Shown in pieces: positions 17,837 through 26,421 of a DNA stretch of 36,637 bases (positions are counted from its first letter, which is position 1; every line of letters begins with the position of its first letter). This DNA is from a virus (lineage: Duplodnaviria > Heunggongvirae > Uroviricota > Caudoviricetes), in the IMG/VR virus record IMGVR_UViG_2778261178_000002, one strand, 5' to 3'. Under the pieces are notes generated by a model that did not search any database, was not told the origin of the DNA, and was given only the letters and a program-made list of their open reading frames with translations. Both the position numbers and the translations under genes were made by a program.

Positions 17837-18089
17837 CGTTTACGTCCTGACAGTGTTTAATCATTTTTACCTGGCTGGCACAGCGTGCCAGCGCGTTCTC
17901 AAGCTGCCGGATATCAGCACTTAAATCGCCGTTCGTCTGCGGGTCACTGCCCGGCATCGGGCAAAGGCTCACTTTCGGGCAGGCGTTGTGGACAATCACT
18001 GGCGTCAGTGCAGGCGGGGCGCTGGTGCAACCGGCGCACAGCATCAGGCAGGTCAGCACCATACCAGCGGCGAAAATCTTCGTTTTCAT
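17799..18089 (-). CDS. lysC: LysC, Rz1-like outer-membrane lipoprotein spanin, embedded in lysB in another frame
   Basis: Internal ATG at 18087..18089 gives a 96-aa product MKTKIFAAGMVLTCLMLCAGC with a lipobox; overlaps the 3' part of lysB. Confidence 0.7.
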   Translation of the reverse strand: MKTKIFAAGMVLTCLMLCAGCTSAPPALTPVIVHNACPKVSLCPMPGSDPQTNGDLSADIRQLENALARCASQVKMIKHCQDVNDAQTRQPAQGAD

Positions 18090-18369
18090 TAAGTAACCTC
18101 GTGATGGTTTTCTCGCGCTGTGCTTCACGCTTCGCGGCGTTCTCCAGTTCCTGACGCAGTGCCACCTGCGCCAGCTCGTTTTTGTCTGCCCTGGTGAGGG
18201 CAACATGAAGCTGATTTTTCAGCATGGTGATGGTCGTCTGCTGTTCACTGGCGACGTTGTTCACCCTGTCCAGCGAGGCGCGCAGGCTGGCGTTTTCATG
18301 CTTCGCCAGAAACAGCCCCGCCACCGCCAGCGATAACAACACAACCATCACAATCATCAGCTTTGACAT
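17944..18369 (-). CDS. lysB: LysB, Rz-like inner-membrane spanin
   Basis: 141 aa with N-terminal transmembrane helix and coiled-coil-like body; position after lysA. Confidence 0.8.
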   Translation of the reverse strand: MSKLMIVMVVLLSLAVAGLFLAKHENASLRASLDRVNNVASEQQTTITMLKNQLHVALTRADKNELAQVALRQELENAAKREAQREKTITRLLNENEDFRRWYGADLPDAVRRLHQRPACTDASDCPQRLPESEPLPDAGQ

Positions 18370-18782
18370 GGTTCCCGCCCCTCAAAACGCTGACGACAGG
18401 CCGTACGTATCAGCCGGAAGAACACCGACGCCACGAGGTAAATCAGCGCGGTAAAAATCCACCCGGCAGCGACCAGCGAGATAAACGTCGCCACCATCAC
18501 CACCAGAGCCGCCGCCCGTCTGCGCCACGGCACCGGCTGCAAAAACAGCGACGTGACAATCTTCACGGCCAGCGATTCAGGCGGCAGCTCCCGCCCGTAG
18601 CGTTCCAGCACATACTCAGTGGCATACACGCCGACACCACCGGCAACCACACAGATAACCGTCGCAAGAATCGCCCAGGTGGCGACAAAACTGACGGCCA
18701 CGCTCTGCGGGTAAATCAGGGACAGTGCCAGCATCAGCGCCAGCGACACGTTCAGCATCAGTGAAAGGGATAATTTCTTCAT
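18357..18782 (-). CDS. lysA: LysA, lysis timing membrane protein
   Basis: 141 aa, multiple hydrophobic segments; between K and lysB. Confidence 0.75.
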   Translation of the reverse strand: MKKLSLSLMLNVSLALMLALSLIYPQSVAVSFVATWAILATVICVVAGGVGVYATEYVLERYGRELPPESLAVKIVTSLFLQPVPWRRRAAALVVMVATFISLVAAGWIFTALIYLVASVFFRLIRTACRQRFEGREPCQS

Positions 18783-18796
18783 GGTGTTTACTCCGT

Positions 18797-19294
18797 TTAA
18801 GCCGGTACGCCGCCAGCGGTACGCCAGACGGTGACCAGTTTTTCCAGTGAATGCTCACGCTGACCGTAACCGGCACCCGGCAGGGACGCCCAGATATTGC
18901 GACAGCGTGAAATGGCGCGCTCAATGCGTCCCGCCCGGATGTCATCCAGCGCACCGCGTTCGCGGATCAACTGAATGGCGAGTCTGTCCTGTGACAACGG
19001 ACTGAAATCCGGCAGGGCAAGCTGTTTGCGGTAATGCGGCCAGAACAGGTAAAGCTGCTGATAGCGACCGGAGGCCGTGGATTTTTCACCGCGACGGTTA
19101 AACACCTTCGCCGGTCGGCCATGCGCGAACGGGTGGTCACTGTAGTCGGTGAAAATTTCCGGCTTCCCGTCCAGTCCGGTGACTATCACGTCATAGCCCC
19201 GGTTTTTCGTCAGCGGATGATTCGCCGTCCCTTCGGACACGGCCAGCATGTCGAGAAAGGCGGCGATATTCTGGTGCGTGTTAATTACCGGCAT
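18797..19294 (-). CDS. K: Endolysin gpK (lysozyme-like)
   Basis: 165 aa, between holin and lysA. Confidence 0.8.
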   Translation of the reverse strand: MPVINTHQNIAAFLDMLAVSEGTANHPLTKNRGYDVIVTGLDGKPEIFTDYSDHPFAHGRPAKVFNRRGEKSTASGRYQQLYLFWPHYRKQLALPDFSPLSQDRLAIQLIRERGALDDIRAGRIERAISRCRNIWASLPGAGYGQREHSLEKLVTVWRTAGGVPA

Positions 19295-19575
19295 TACGGT
19301 TTCCCCCTGCCCTTAAAGCGGCGCTGAATGGCAATCTCAATCACCTGATAACCGGCGATACCCAGCATGGAGCCGATGCCGCACACCGCAGGCAGTGACA
19401 GGTCAGGAAACTGCACCAGAACAACACCGGCAACCATCGAGACAAAACCACCGAGCAACATGCGCCCGATAAACAGACGCGGGGTGATGGGTTCACCACC
19501 GGCAAGCACCTTGCCGACAACAATCAGCACCCCAATCATGAAAAGCGACAGGACGCTTTTTTCTTCTGCTGTCAT
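19294..19575 (-). CDS. Y: Holin gpY
   Basis: 93 aa with hydrophobic transmembrane segments; start overlaps the K region. Confidence 0.8.
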   Translation of the reverse strand: MTAEEKSVLSLFMIGVLIVVGKVLAGGEPITPRLFIGRMLLGGFVSMVAGVVLVQFPDLSLPAVCGIGSMLGIAGYQVIEIAIQRRFKGRGKP

Positions 19576-19578
19576 GCG

Positions 19579-19782
19579 TTACTCCCACAGATTGACAGTT
19601 TCAGCCACGGGCGCGGTCTGAACGTCGGGCAGTTCGACGGCGGTGCCGTGCGGCAGCACCGCACCCAGTTCAGCCAGTCCCGGATTTGCGGCGAGCACGG
19701 TCTCAACCACGCCCTCAGTGCGCCCGTAATACCTGACACAAATGGCGTCGAGCGTGTCGCCCTGTAGCGCAAAGGTCTTCAT
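19579..19782 (-). CDS. X: Tail protein gpX
   Basis: 67-aa product from ATG at 19780..19782 (MKTFALQGDTL...); the start overlaps the L stop (TGATG). Confidence 0.75.
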   Translation of the reverse strand: MKTFALQGDTLDAICVRYYGRTEGVVETVLAANPGLAELGAVLPHGTAVELPDVQTAPVAETVNLWE

Positions 19783-20291
19783 CAGATTTGACTCACGATG
19801 CAGCGCGGCTTGTCCTGGATACGCGCCACCGCCCAGCGCATATCCCGCCACAGTTCATCGATGGTGCTGTCAATGCTGTCAGCCTTCTTGTCGCCTTTCG
19901 CACTGGCATCCACGCCGCGGTAACGCTCATAAAGCGACGCGGTCGCCATCGCACACACGGCGCGCTCGTAGTAAAAAACTTTGATGCTTTCACCGTCGAT
20001 GTCGTCCGCCGGAACGTCCGCCAGACACGTAAAACCGGCAGCAATTTTCTGTTCGCGATACTCGTACAGCTCCGCATTTGTCTCCGCCATGCCTGACTTG
20101 ATAGCCTCACGCAGACGGGCGGGGGCGACGGTCTGCTCAAGGCGCATACGTTCCCGGACGCGCTTCGGGTCGATATCGGGAAAAAAGAACGTGTTTTTAA
20201 TCACCGGCTCGTCGCCTGCCGGTTGCGGGATGACCACCGTACCCTCACCGGACACGGGAGCCTCCTTTCGCGGAATAATCAGCGTCATCAT
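19782..20291 (-). CDS. L: Capsid completion protein gpL
   Basis: 169-aa product from ATG at 20289..20291 (MMTLIIPRKE...); the ORF track's 189-aa version probably overcalls the start. Confidence 0.8.
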   Translation of the reverse strand: MMTLIIPRKEAPVSGEGTVVIPQPAGDEPVIKNTFFFPDIDPKRVRERMRLEQTVAPARLREAIKSGMAETNAELYEYREQKIAAGFTCLADVPADDIDGESIKVFYYERAVCAMATASLYERYRGVDASAKGDKKADSIDSTIDELWRDMRWAVARIQDKPRCIVSQI

Positions 20292-20390
20292 GACTACCTC
20301 TGAAAAGTCGGGCGGTGGACGCCGGTACAGCGTCAGGTGATTCACCCTCACTGACCGGCGTGCCGCCCTGGCGCGGGGCGCATTCGGTTG

Positions 20391-21134
20391 TTAACTGGCT
20401 TTCTTTTTCGGGCGTCCACGTTTTGCCGGTGTCACGCTCCGGGTCTTATGCGGGGCGCGGGTGGCCGCTTTTGGCTGCGGCTCCGGCTTCGGTTTCAGCT
20501 CCCGCTCCAGTCGTTCAATCTCTTTTTTGACGCCTGCCTGACAGTCGAGCTGTGTCGCACGTTGCAGGTGCGACAGCGCACCGGCGGCATCACCAGCGTC
20601 ACGCAGAAACAGACCGGTGATTTTGTGCAGCTTTGCGCGCACTTCATCAGGCATGTCAGCCGTGGCGGTCAGTTCAAGGGTCTCCGTCAGCAGGCGGGTA
20701 TCCACAGACTCACCGGCAGCGTGAGCGCGCATGGCCGCGAGCGCCACCTCCTCGGTGAACATGTACGGCGGGGTGCGGCGGTGTTTACCCGGCATGGTCA
20801 GACCGTACTTCAGGGCATAACGGGCAATCTCCAGCGCACCGGCAATATCGCCGGTATCCAGACGCCACAGCATGACCGTCATCAGAATGTCATCCTGTGC
20901 ACCTTTGCCCTGGTCCAGCACGCCGTTCACCCACGGCAACCAGAACGGCAGCAGTTCGCGTTTTTTCGCGGCCTTCAGCTCTTTTGAATAAATCGCTTTC
21001 AGTGTGCGCTGGTCTGCGGCGAGCTTAACCAGCATCTGCTCATAGACAGTTGCATGTCGCAGCGGGGCGGCTTCCCGCTGCGCGGTCATCGCTGCCGAGA
21101 CCCGCATCATGTGGCGCTGTGCGGGACTCGTCAT
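20391..21134 (-). CDS. M: Terminase endonuclease/small subunit gpM
   Basis: 247 aa, between N and L. Confidence 0.8.
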   Translation of the reverse strand: MTSPAQRHMMRVSAAMTAQREAAPLRHATVYEQMLVKLAADQRTLKAIYSKELKAAKKRELLPFWLPWVNGVLDQGKGAQDDILMTVMLWRLDTGDIAGALEIARYALKYGLTMPGKHRRTPPYMFTEEVALAAMRAHAAGESVDTRLLTETLELTATADMPDEVRAKLHKITGLFLRDAGDAAGALSHLQRATQLDCQAGVKKEIERLERELKPKPEPQPKAATRAPHKTRSVTPAKRGRPKKKAS

Positions 21135-21137
21135 CGG

Positions 21138-22211
21138 TTACGCTCCCGACTCTGCGGTCGCTTTAGCCGGTGTGGAGAAATCACCGACCTTAATTTTTTC
21201 CACCAGACAACCGGCGGCGTAGTCTTCCACCACGTAATCAATGTTCATTGACTCGTAGTTCTCCACGCGGTCGAGTTTCGGGTTTTCCTCAATCACGCGG
21301 CGATGGCTGTCATCCATGTAGTAGATGGACAGGTTTTCCAGCTTCGTGATGAGCATCGCATCCGCCGGGAAGTACGGGACGCGTACCGCCGGCAGGTTAC
21401 CGATGCGTTTCTGGCTGATGATGACGTCAGCGGCCAGCATTTCGCTGTTGTCCTGCTCCTTGTTGACGATGGGGAAATACTTGTCCGCCAGTAGCTGACG
21501 CCCCACAATCACCACAAGGTCAGGGTCTTCCTGATACCACGGCTCAATCAGGTTGTTGGTCGCATCCATCACCAGTGCATCGAGGCTGGCATAATCACCG
21601 CCCTTACCCACGCGGATGACCTCAGAGGTCGTGTGCCCTTCCTCGTCAGTGACCTTGCTCATCACGCGCGCCGGGGCTTCATTGCGGTATTTCTGCAGCC
21701 AGCCGACCGCCACATCCTGCAGCATCGGATTGCTGCTGCGGTCAGAGGTTTCGGCACGCTTCACGCCGTTAAAACCGGCCATGATGAAATCAAGGGACTG
21801 GCGTTTGATAATGGCGTTACGGATACGGAGCTGGAAATCCTGATAACGCGCCCACAGGTCAAGCGTTTTGTAGCGGATATAAAAATCGAAGTTAATCTGG
21901 TCGCATTCGTACTTGTTTGACGCCAGCTTCGAGAAGTCCTTCGGCTGACGCTCGGTGCCACCGGCGGTGTCGGTGGTGCTGGCGATGGAGCCGGTGACAC
22001 CAATACCAATTTTTTCCCCTTTCATTTCGCTGACCGGCACAATGTTGATGCGGGTCAGAAAGTCAGAGGACTCCTGCATGGTGTTCATCAGGGTCTGGGT
22101 GACCGACGGTTCAACGGTGAATTTTTTCGACACATCACCGGCGTCGATGCCGTTCAGTTCGGCAACACGGGACAGGTAAGCATTAAATTTAAAGCGGGTT
22201 TCCTGGCGCAT
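21138..22211 (-). CDS. N: Major capsid protein gpN
   Basis: 357 aa, between O and M. Confidence 0.85.
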   Translation of the reverse strand: MRQETRFKFNAYLSRVAELNGIDAGDVSKKFTVEPSVTQTLMNTMQESSDFLTRINIVPVSEMKGEKIGIGVTGSIASTTDTAGGTERQPKDFSKLASNKYECDQINFDFYIRYKTLDLWARYQDFQLRIRNAIIKRQSLDFIMAGFNGVKRAETSDRSSNPMLQDVAVGWLQKYRNEAPARVMSKVTDEEGHTTSEVIRVGKGGDYASLDALVMDATNNLIEPWYQEDPDLVVIVGRQLLADKYFPIVNKEQDNSEMLAADVIISQKRIGNLPAVRVPYFPADAMLITKLENLSIYYMDDSHRRVIEENPKLDRVENYESMNIDYVVEDYAAGCLVEKIKVGDFSTPAKATAESGA

Positions 22212-22269
22212 AGTTTTTCCTGAAATTAAGGGTTAATCGTGAAGGTTTTCCCGGACTGACTGACGCCGG

Positions 22270-23124
22270 TCAGCAGTTCGTCATCAGGGCGTCACCGCCA
22301 CCGCCGGTGGCCTTGCTGCGGCGCTGTTGGGTCAGACTTTCGGTGTGGTCGAGACTGTTTTTCAGGCGGGTGAATGCCTGGCTGGTTTCATCCGCCCTGT
22401 CAGTCACCTCCTGCTTAAGTGCGGAAAAGGCGGTTTCCATCTCAGCGAGGCGCTGCTCAGTGGCACTCAGTTTTTCCTGCACATGTTCAGCAACAGCGGT
22501 CACCGCTTCATGCACGTCATTCAGACGGGCATCATCGCTGGCCTGTTTGCGGCCAAAAATGGATTTCACCTTTTCGGTCAGGGCGGTGAACACGGTTTCA
22601 GGCAGGTCTTCAAATTCCAGCTCAACAGGCGTTGCCACTGAAATCAGGTTTTCAGGGCTTAATTTGAAGCGGTTCAGGGGGTTGTGTTTTGCCGTGCGGC
22701 AGAATTCCAGGTATTCCGTGCCGAGGCTTGCCGGGTCATCGGTGACGGCCAGCCCCACCAGATAACATTTGCCGGTGTTGGCAAAGTTCGGCTGAATTTC
22801 CATTGAGGTGTAGACCTTCTGCGCGGCCTTGTTCATCGCGATAAGGTCATCGGTCGGGGTGATTTTCGCAAACAGCGCCCATTTGCCTTTCAGCGCCGAA
22901 TCATCGTCAATCTTTTCGGCCTTCAGTTCGGCCACATCGCCATAACGCTTAAAAATACCGTCAGGCAGGATGCCGCGCAGATGTTCCAGGTTAATGCGGC
23001 AACCATAGACTCGCGGGTCAAAGGTTTCGGCCATTTCCTGAATATCCTGCGCACTGATGACACGCCCGTCACAGGTGTCACCCTCAACGCCGATACGAAA
23101 GAATTTTGAGACTTTTTTTGCCAT
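22270..23124 (-). CDS. O: Capsid scaffolding protein gpO
   Basis: 284-aa product from ATG at 23122..23124 (MAKKVSKFF...) preceded by an AGGA SD; the ORF track's 306-aa version is likely too long. Confidence 0.8.
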   Translation of the reverse strand: MAKKVSKFFRIGVEGDTCDGRVISAQDIQEMAETFDPRVYGCRINLEHLRGILPDGIFKRYGDVAELKAEKIDDDSALKGKWALFAKITPTDDLIAMNKAAQKVYTSMEIQPNFANTGKCYLVGLAVTDDPASLGTEYLEFCRTAKHNPLNRFKLSPENLISVATPVELEFEDLPETVFTALTEKVKSIFGRKQASDDARLNDVHEAVTAVAEHVQEKLSATEQRLAEMETAFSALKQEVTDRADETSQAFTRLKNSLDHTESLTQQRRSKATGGGGDALMTNC

Positions 23125-23297
23125 TGTCAGGAGTCCTGAATAGTGATTAGAGGAGTCACATGTCGGCATCAGTTTCCCGACGATGCGCATCCTCCGCCAT
23201 CAGTCCCGGATGGCTTATCACTGGCACAACAGCACCTTAGCGAATCGCGGGGCGCGACTCAGTAGCCTTGCCATGGATTCATCACGGCGAGGTATTC
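23125..23297. promoter_or_regulatory. Divergent late promoter region (P_O leftward, P_P rightward); candidate Ogr-type dyad TGG-N12-ACA at 23211..23228
   Basis: Intergenic region between divergently transcribed O and P; a partial match to the TGT-N12-ACA element reported upstream of P2 late promoters. Confidence 0.3.
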
Positions 23298-25070
23298 ATG
23301 ACCATCACCACAGACACCACTCTTTTACACGACCCGCGTCGTCAGGCGGCGCTGCTGTACTGGCAGGGGTTTTCCGTGCCGCAGATTGCCGCCATGTTGC
23401 AGATGAAACGCCCGACGGTGCAGAGCTGGAAACAGCGCGACGGCTGGGACAGCGTTGCCCCCATCAGCCGTGTCGAAATGAGTCTGGAAGCGCGGCTGAC
23501 CCAGCTCATCATCAAACCGCAGAAAACCGGCGGTGACTTCAAGGAAATTGACCTGCTCGGACGCCAGATTGAACGACTGGCACGGGTCAACCGTTACAGT
23601 CAGACCGGCAACGAGGCAGACCTTAATCCGAACGTCGCTAACCGCAACAAAGGCGGGCGTCGCAAACCGAAAAAGAATTTTTTCAGTGACGAGGCCATCG
23701 AAAAGCTGGAGCAGATTTTCTTTGAGCAGTCTTTCGAATATCAGTTGCACTGGTATCGCGCCGGGCTTGAGCACCGCATCCGCGATATCCTGAAATCCCG
23801 CCAGATTGGCGCGACGTTTTATTTTTCCCGCGAGGCGCTGCTGCGCGCCCTGAAAACCGGTCATAACCAGATTTTTCTGTCGGCCAGTAAAACGCAGGCG
23901 TATGTGTTCCGTGAATACATCATCGCCTTTGCCCGGCTGGTTGACGTTGACCTGACCGGTGACCCGATTGTCCTGGGCAATAACGGCGCAAAACTGATTT
24001 TTCTCGGCACCAACTCCAACACCGCACAGAGCCATAACGGCGACCTGTACGTCGACGAGATTTTCTGGATCCCGAATTTTCAGGTACTGCGTAAGGTGGC
24101 ATCAGGTATGGCCTCACAGAGTCACCTGCGCTCGACCTATTTCTCCACCCCGTCCACGCTGGCGCACGACGCCTATCCGTTCTGGTCCGGTGAACTGTTT
24201 AACCGGGGACGCGCCAGCGCCGCCGAACGCGTGGAAATCGACGTCAGTCATAACGCCCTTGCCGGAGGTCTTCTCTGTGCGGACGGCCAGTGGCGGCAGA
24301 TTGTCACCATTGAGGACGCCCTGAAAGGTGGCTGCACATTGTTCGACATTGAGCAGCTTAAACGCGAAAACAGCGCCGACGATTTTAAAAACCTGTTCAT
24401 GTGTGAATTTGTTGACGACAAGGCGTCGGTATTCCCGTTCGAGGAGCTGCAACGCTGCATGGTCGACACGCTGGAAGAATGGGAAGACTATGCGCCGTTT
24501 GCCGCAAATCCGTTCGGCTCCCGACCGGTATGGATTGGTTACGACCCGTCACACCGTGGCGACAGCGCCGGATGCGTGGTACTGGCACCGCCGGTGGTGG
24601 CCGGTGGCAAATTCAGAATACTTGAGCGTCACCAGTGGAAAGGCATGGACTTTGCCACTCAGGCTGAATCCATCCGCAAACTCACCGAAAAATACAACGT
24701 CGAATACATCGGAATTGATGCCACCGGCCTCGGTGTCGGCGTGTTCCAGCTCGTGCGCTCGTTCTATCCCGCCGCGCGCGATATCCGCTACACGCCGGAA
24801 ATGAAAACCGCAATGGTGCTCAAGGCCAAAGACGTTATCCGCCGTGGCTGTCTGGAATATGACGTCAGCGCCACCGACATCACCAGCTCCTTTATGGCTA
24901 TCCGCAAGACCATGACCAGCAGCGGACGCAGCGCCACCTATGAGGCCAGCCGCAGCGAGGAAGCCAGCCACGCCGACCTCGCCTGGGCGACCATGCACGC
25001 TCTGTTAAATGAGCCACTCACCGCCGGTATCAGCACCCCGCTGACATCCACCATTCTGGAGTTTTACTGA
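23298..25070 (+). CDS. P: Terminase large (ATPase) subunit gpP
   Basis: 590-aa product from ATG at 23298 (MTITTDTTLLHDP...) preceded by a GAGG SD; divergent from O as in P2. Confidence 0.85.
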   Translation: MTITTDTTLLHDPRRQAALLYWQGFSVPQIAAMLQMKRPTVQSWKQRDGWDSVAPISRVEMSLEARLTQLIIKPQKTGGDFKEIDLLGRQIERLARVNRYSQTGNEADLNPNVANRNKGGRRKPKKNFFSDEAIEKLEQIFFEQSFEYQLHWYRAGLEHRIRDILKSRQIGATFYFSREALLRALKTGHNQIFLSASKTQAYVFREYIIAFARLVDVDLTGDPIVLGNNGAKLIFLGTNSNTAQSHNGDLYVDEIFWIPNFQVLRKVASGMASQSHLRSTYFSTPSTLAHDAYPFWSGELFNRGRASAAERVEIDVSHNALAGGLLCADGQWRQIVTIEDALKGGCTLFDIEQLKRENSADDFKNLFMCEFVDDKASVFPFEELQRCMVDTLEEWEDYAPFAANPFGSRPVWIGYDPSHRGDSAGCVVLAPPVVAGGKFRILERHQWKGMDFATQAESIRKLTEKYNVEYIGIDATGLGVGVFQLVRSFYPAARDIRYTPEMKTAMVLKAKDVIRRGCLEYDVSATDITSSFMAIRKTMTSSGRSATYEASRSEEASHADLAWATMHALLNEPLTAGISTPLTSTILEFY

Positions 25071-26104
25071 TGAGCAAGAAAAAAGGGAAAACACCGCAAC
25101 CTGCGGCAAAAACAATGACCGCCAGCGCCCCGAAAATGGAGGCATTCACCTTTGGCGAGCCGGTGCCGGTACTCGACCGCCGTGACATTCTGGATTACGT
25201 CGAATGCATCAGTAACGGCAGATGGTATGAGCCGCCGGTCAGCTTTACCGGTCTGGCAAAAAGCCTGCGTGCTGCCGTGCATCACAGCTCACCGATTTAC
25301 GTCAAACGTAATATTCTGGCTTCAACGTTTATCCCGCACCCGTGGCTTTCCCAGCAGGATTTCAGCCGTTTTGTGCTGGATTTTCTGGTGTTCGGTAATG
25401 CGTTTCTGGAAAAGCGTTACAGCACCACCGGTAAGGTCATCAGACTGGAAACCTCACCGGCCAAATATACCCGTCGTGGCGTGGAGGAGGATGTTTACTG
25501 GTGGGTGCCAACCTTCAACGAGCCGACAGCCTTCGCGCCAGGCTCCGTGTTTCACCTGCTGGAGCCGGATATTAATCAGGAGCTGTACGGCCTGCCGGAA
25601 TATCTCAGCGCCCTTAACTCTGCCTGGCTGAATGAGTCGGCCACGCTGTTCCGCCGCAAGTATTACGAAAACGGCGCACATGCCGGATACATCATGTACG
25701 TCACCGATGCCGTGCAGGATCGCAACGATATCGAAATGCTTCGCGAAAACATGGTTAAGTCGAAAGGCCGCAACAACTTTAAAAACCTGTTTCTCTATGC
25801 CCCGCAGGGGAAAGCCGACGGCATTAAAATTATCCCGCTCAGTGAAGTGGCAACGAAGGACGATTTTTTTAATATCAAAAAAGCCAGCGCCGCTGACCTG
25901 CTGGACGCGCACCGCATCCCCTTTCAGTTGATGGGAGGCAAGCCGGAGAACGTCGGGTCGCTGGGTGATATTGAGAAAGTGGCAAAGGTCTTTGTCCGCA
26001 ATGAGCTTATCCCGCTACAGGACAGGATCCGCGAGATAAACGGCTGGCTCGGTCAGGAGGTCATCCGCTTTAAAAACTACTCACTGGACACTGACAACGG
26101 CTGA
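25070..26104 (+). CDS. Q: Portal protein gpQ
   Basis: 344 aa; start overlaps the P stop; position as in P2. Confidence 0.85.
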   Translation: MSKKKGKTPQPAAKTMTASAPKMEAFTFGEPVPVLDRRDILDYVECISNGRWYEPPVSFTGLAKSLRAAVHHSSPIYVKRNILASTFIPHPWLSQQDFSRFVLDFLVFGNAFLEKRYSTTGKVIRLETSPAKYTRRGVEEDVYWWVPTFNEPTAFAPGSVFHLLEPDINQELYGLPEYLSALNSAWLNESATLFRRKYYENGAHAGYIMYVTDAVQDRNDIEMLRENMVKSKGRNNFKNLFLYAPQGKADGIKIIPLSEVATKDDFFNIKKASAADLLDAHRIPFQLMGGKPENVGSLGDIEKVAKVFVRNELIPLQDRIREINGWLGQEVIRFKNYSLDTDNG

Positions 26105-26109
26105 ACATC

Positions 26110-26131
26110 GCCGCCTGCGGGCGGCTTTTTT
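26110..26131 (+). terminator. Rho-independent terminator after Q
   Basis: GCCGCC-TGCG-GGCGGC hairpin followed by TTTTTT. Confidence 0.65.
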
Positions 26132-26273
26132 ACGCCCCCGTCATCACGCCCTCACACGCTCATCACCGCACAAAAAATCCCGCAGACACACCAACGCCCA
26201 GCAGGCCAAGTAAACGCCTTCACGACGCGCTCAGACGCTGAAAAAATAAAATCAGCACCACCGCCAGCGCGCA

Positions 26274-26292
26274 GTGCTTTCCCCGCCTCGCC
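26274..26292. other. cos site (19-nt cohesive-end sequence, reverse complement of GGCGAGGCGGGGAAAGCAC)
   Basis: GTGCTTTCCCCGCCTCGCC matches the P2 cohesive-end sequence as I recall it; located just beyond Q as expected. Confidence 0.6.
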
Positions 26293-26421
26293 CGCCCGCT
26301 TCATGGGTCGATTTTAATGCAGTTGCATTTTTATCGAAAGTCTCGTCTCACAAAACCCTCCCTTCACTAAATAGACTCATTATCCACATGCAATCTAATT
26401 CAAAAAAATGCATGTATAGTA

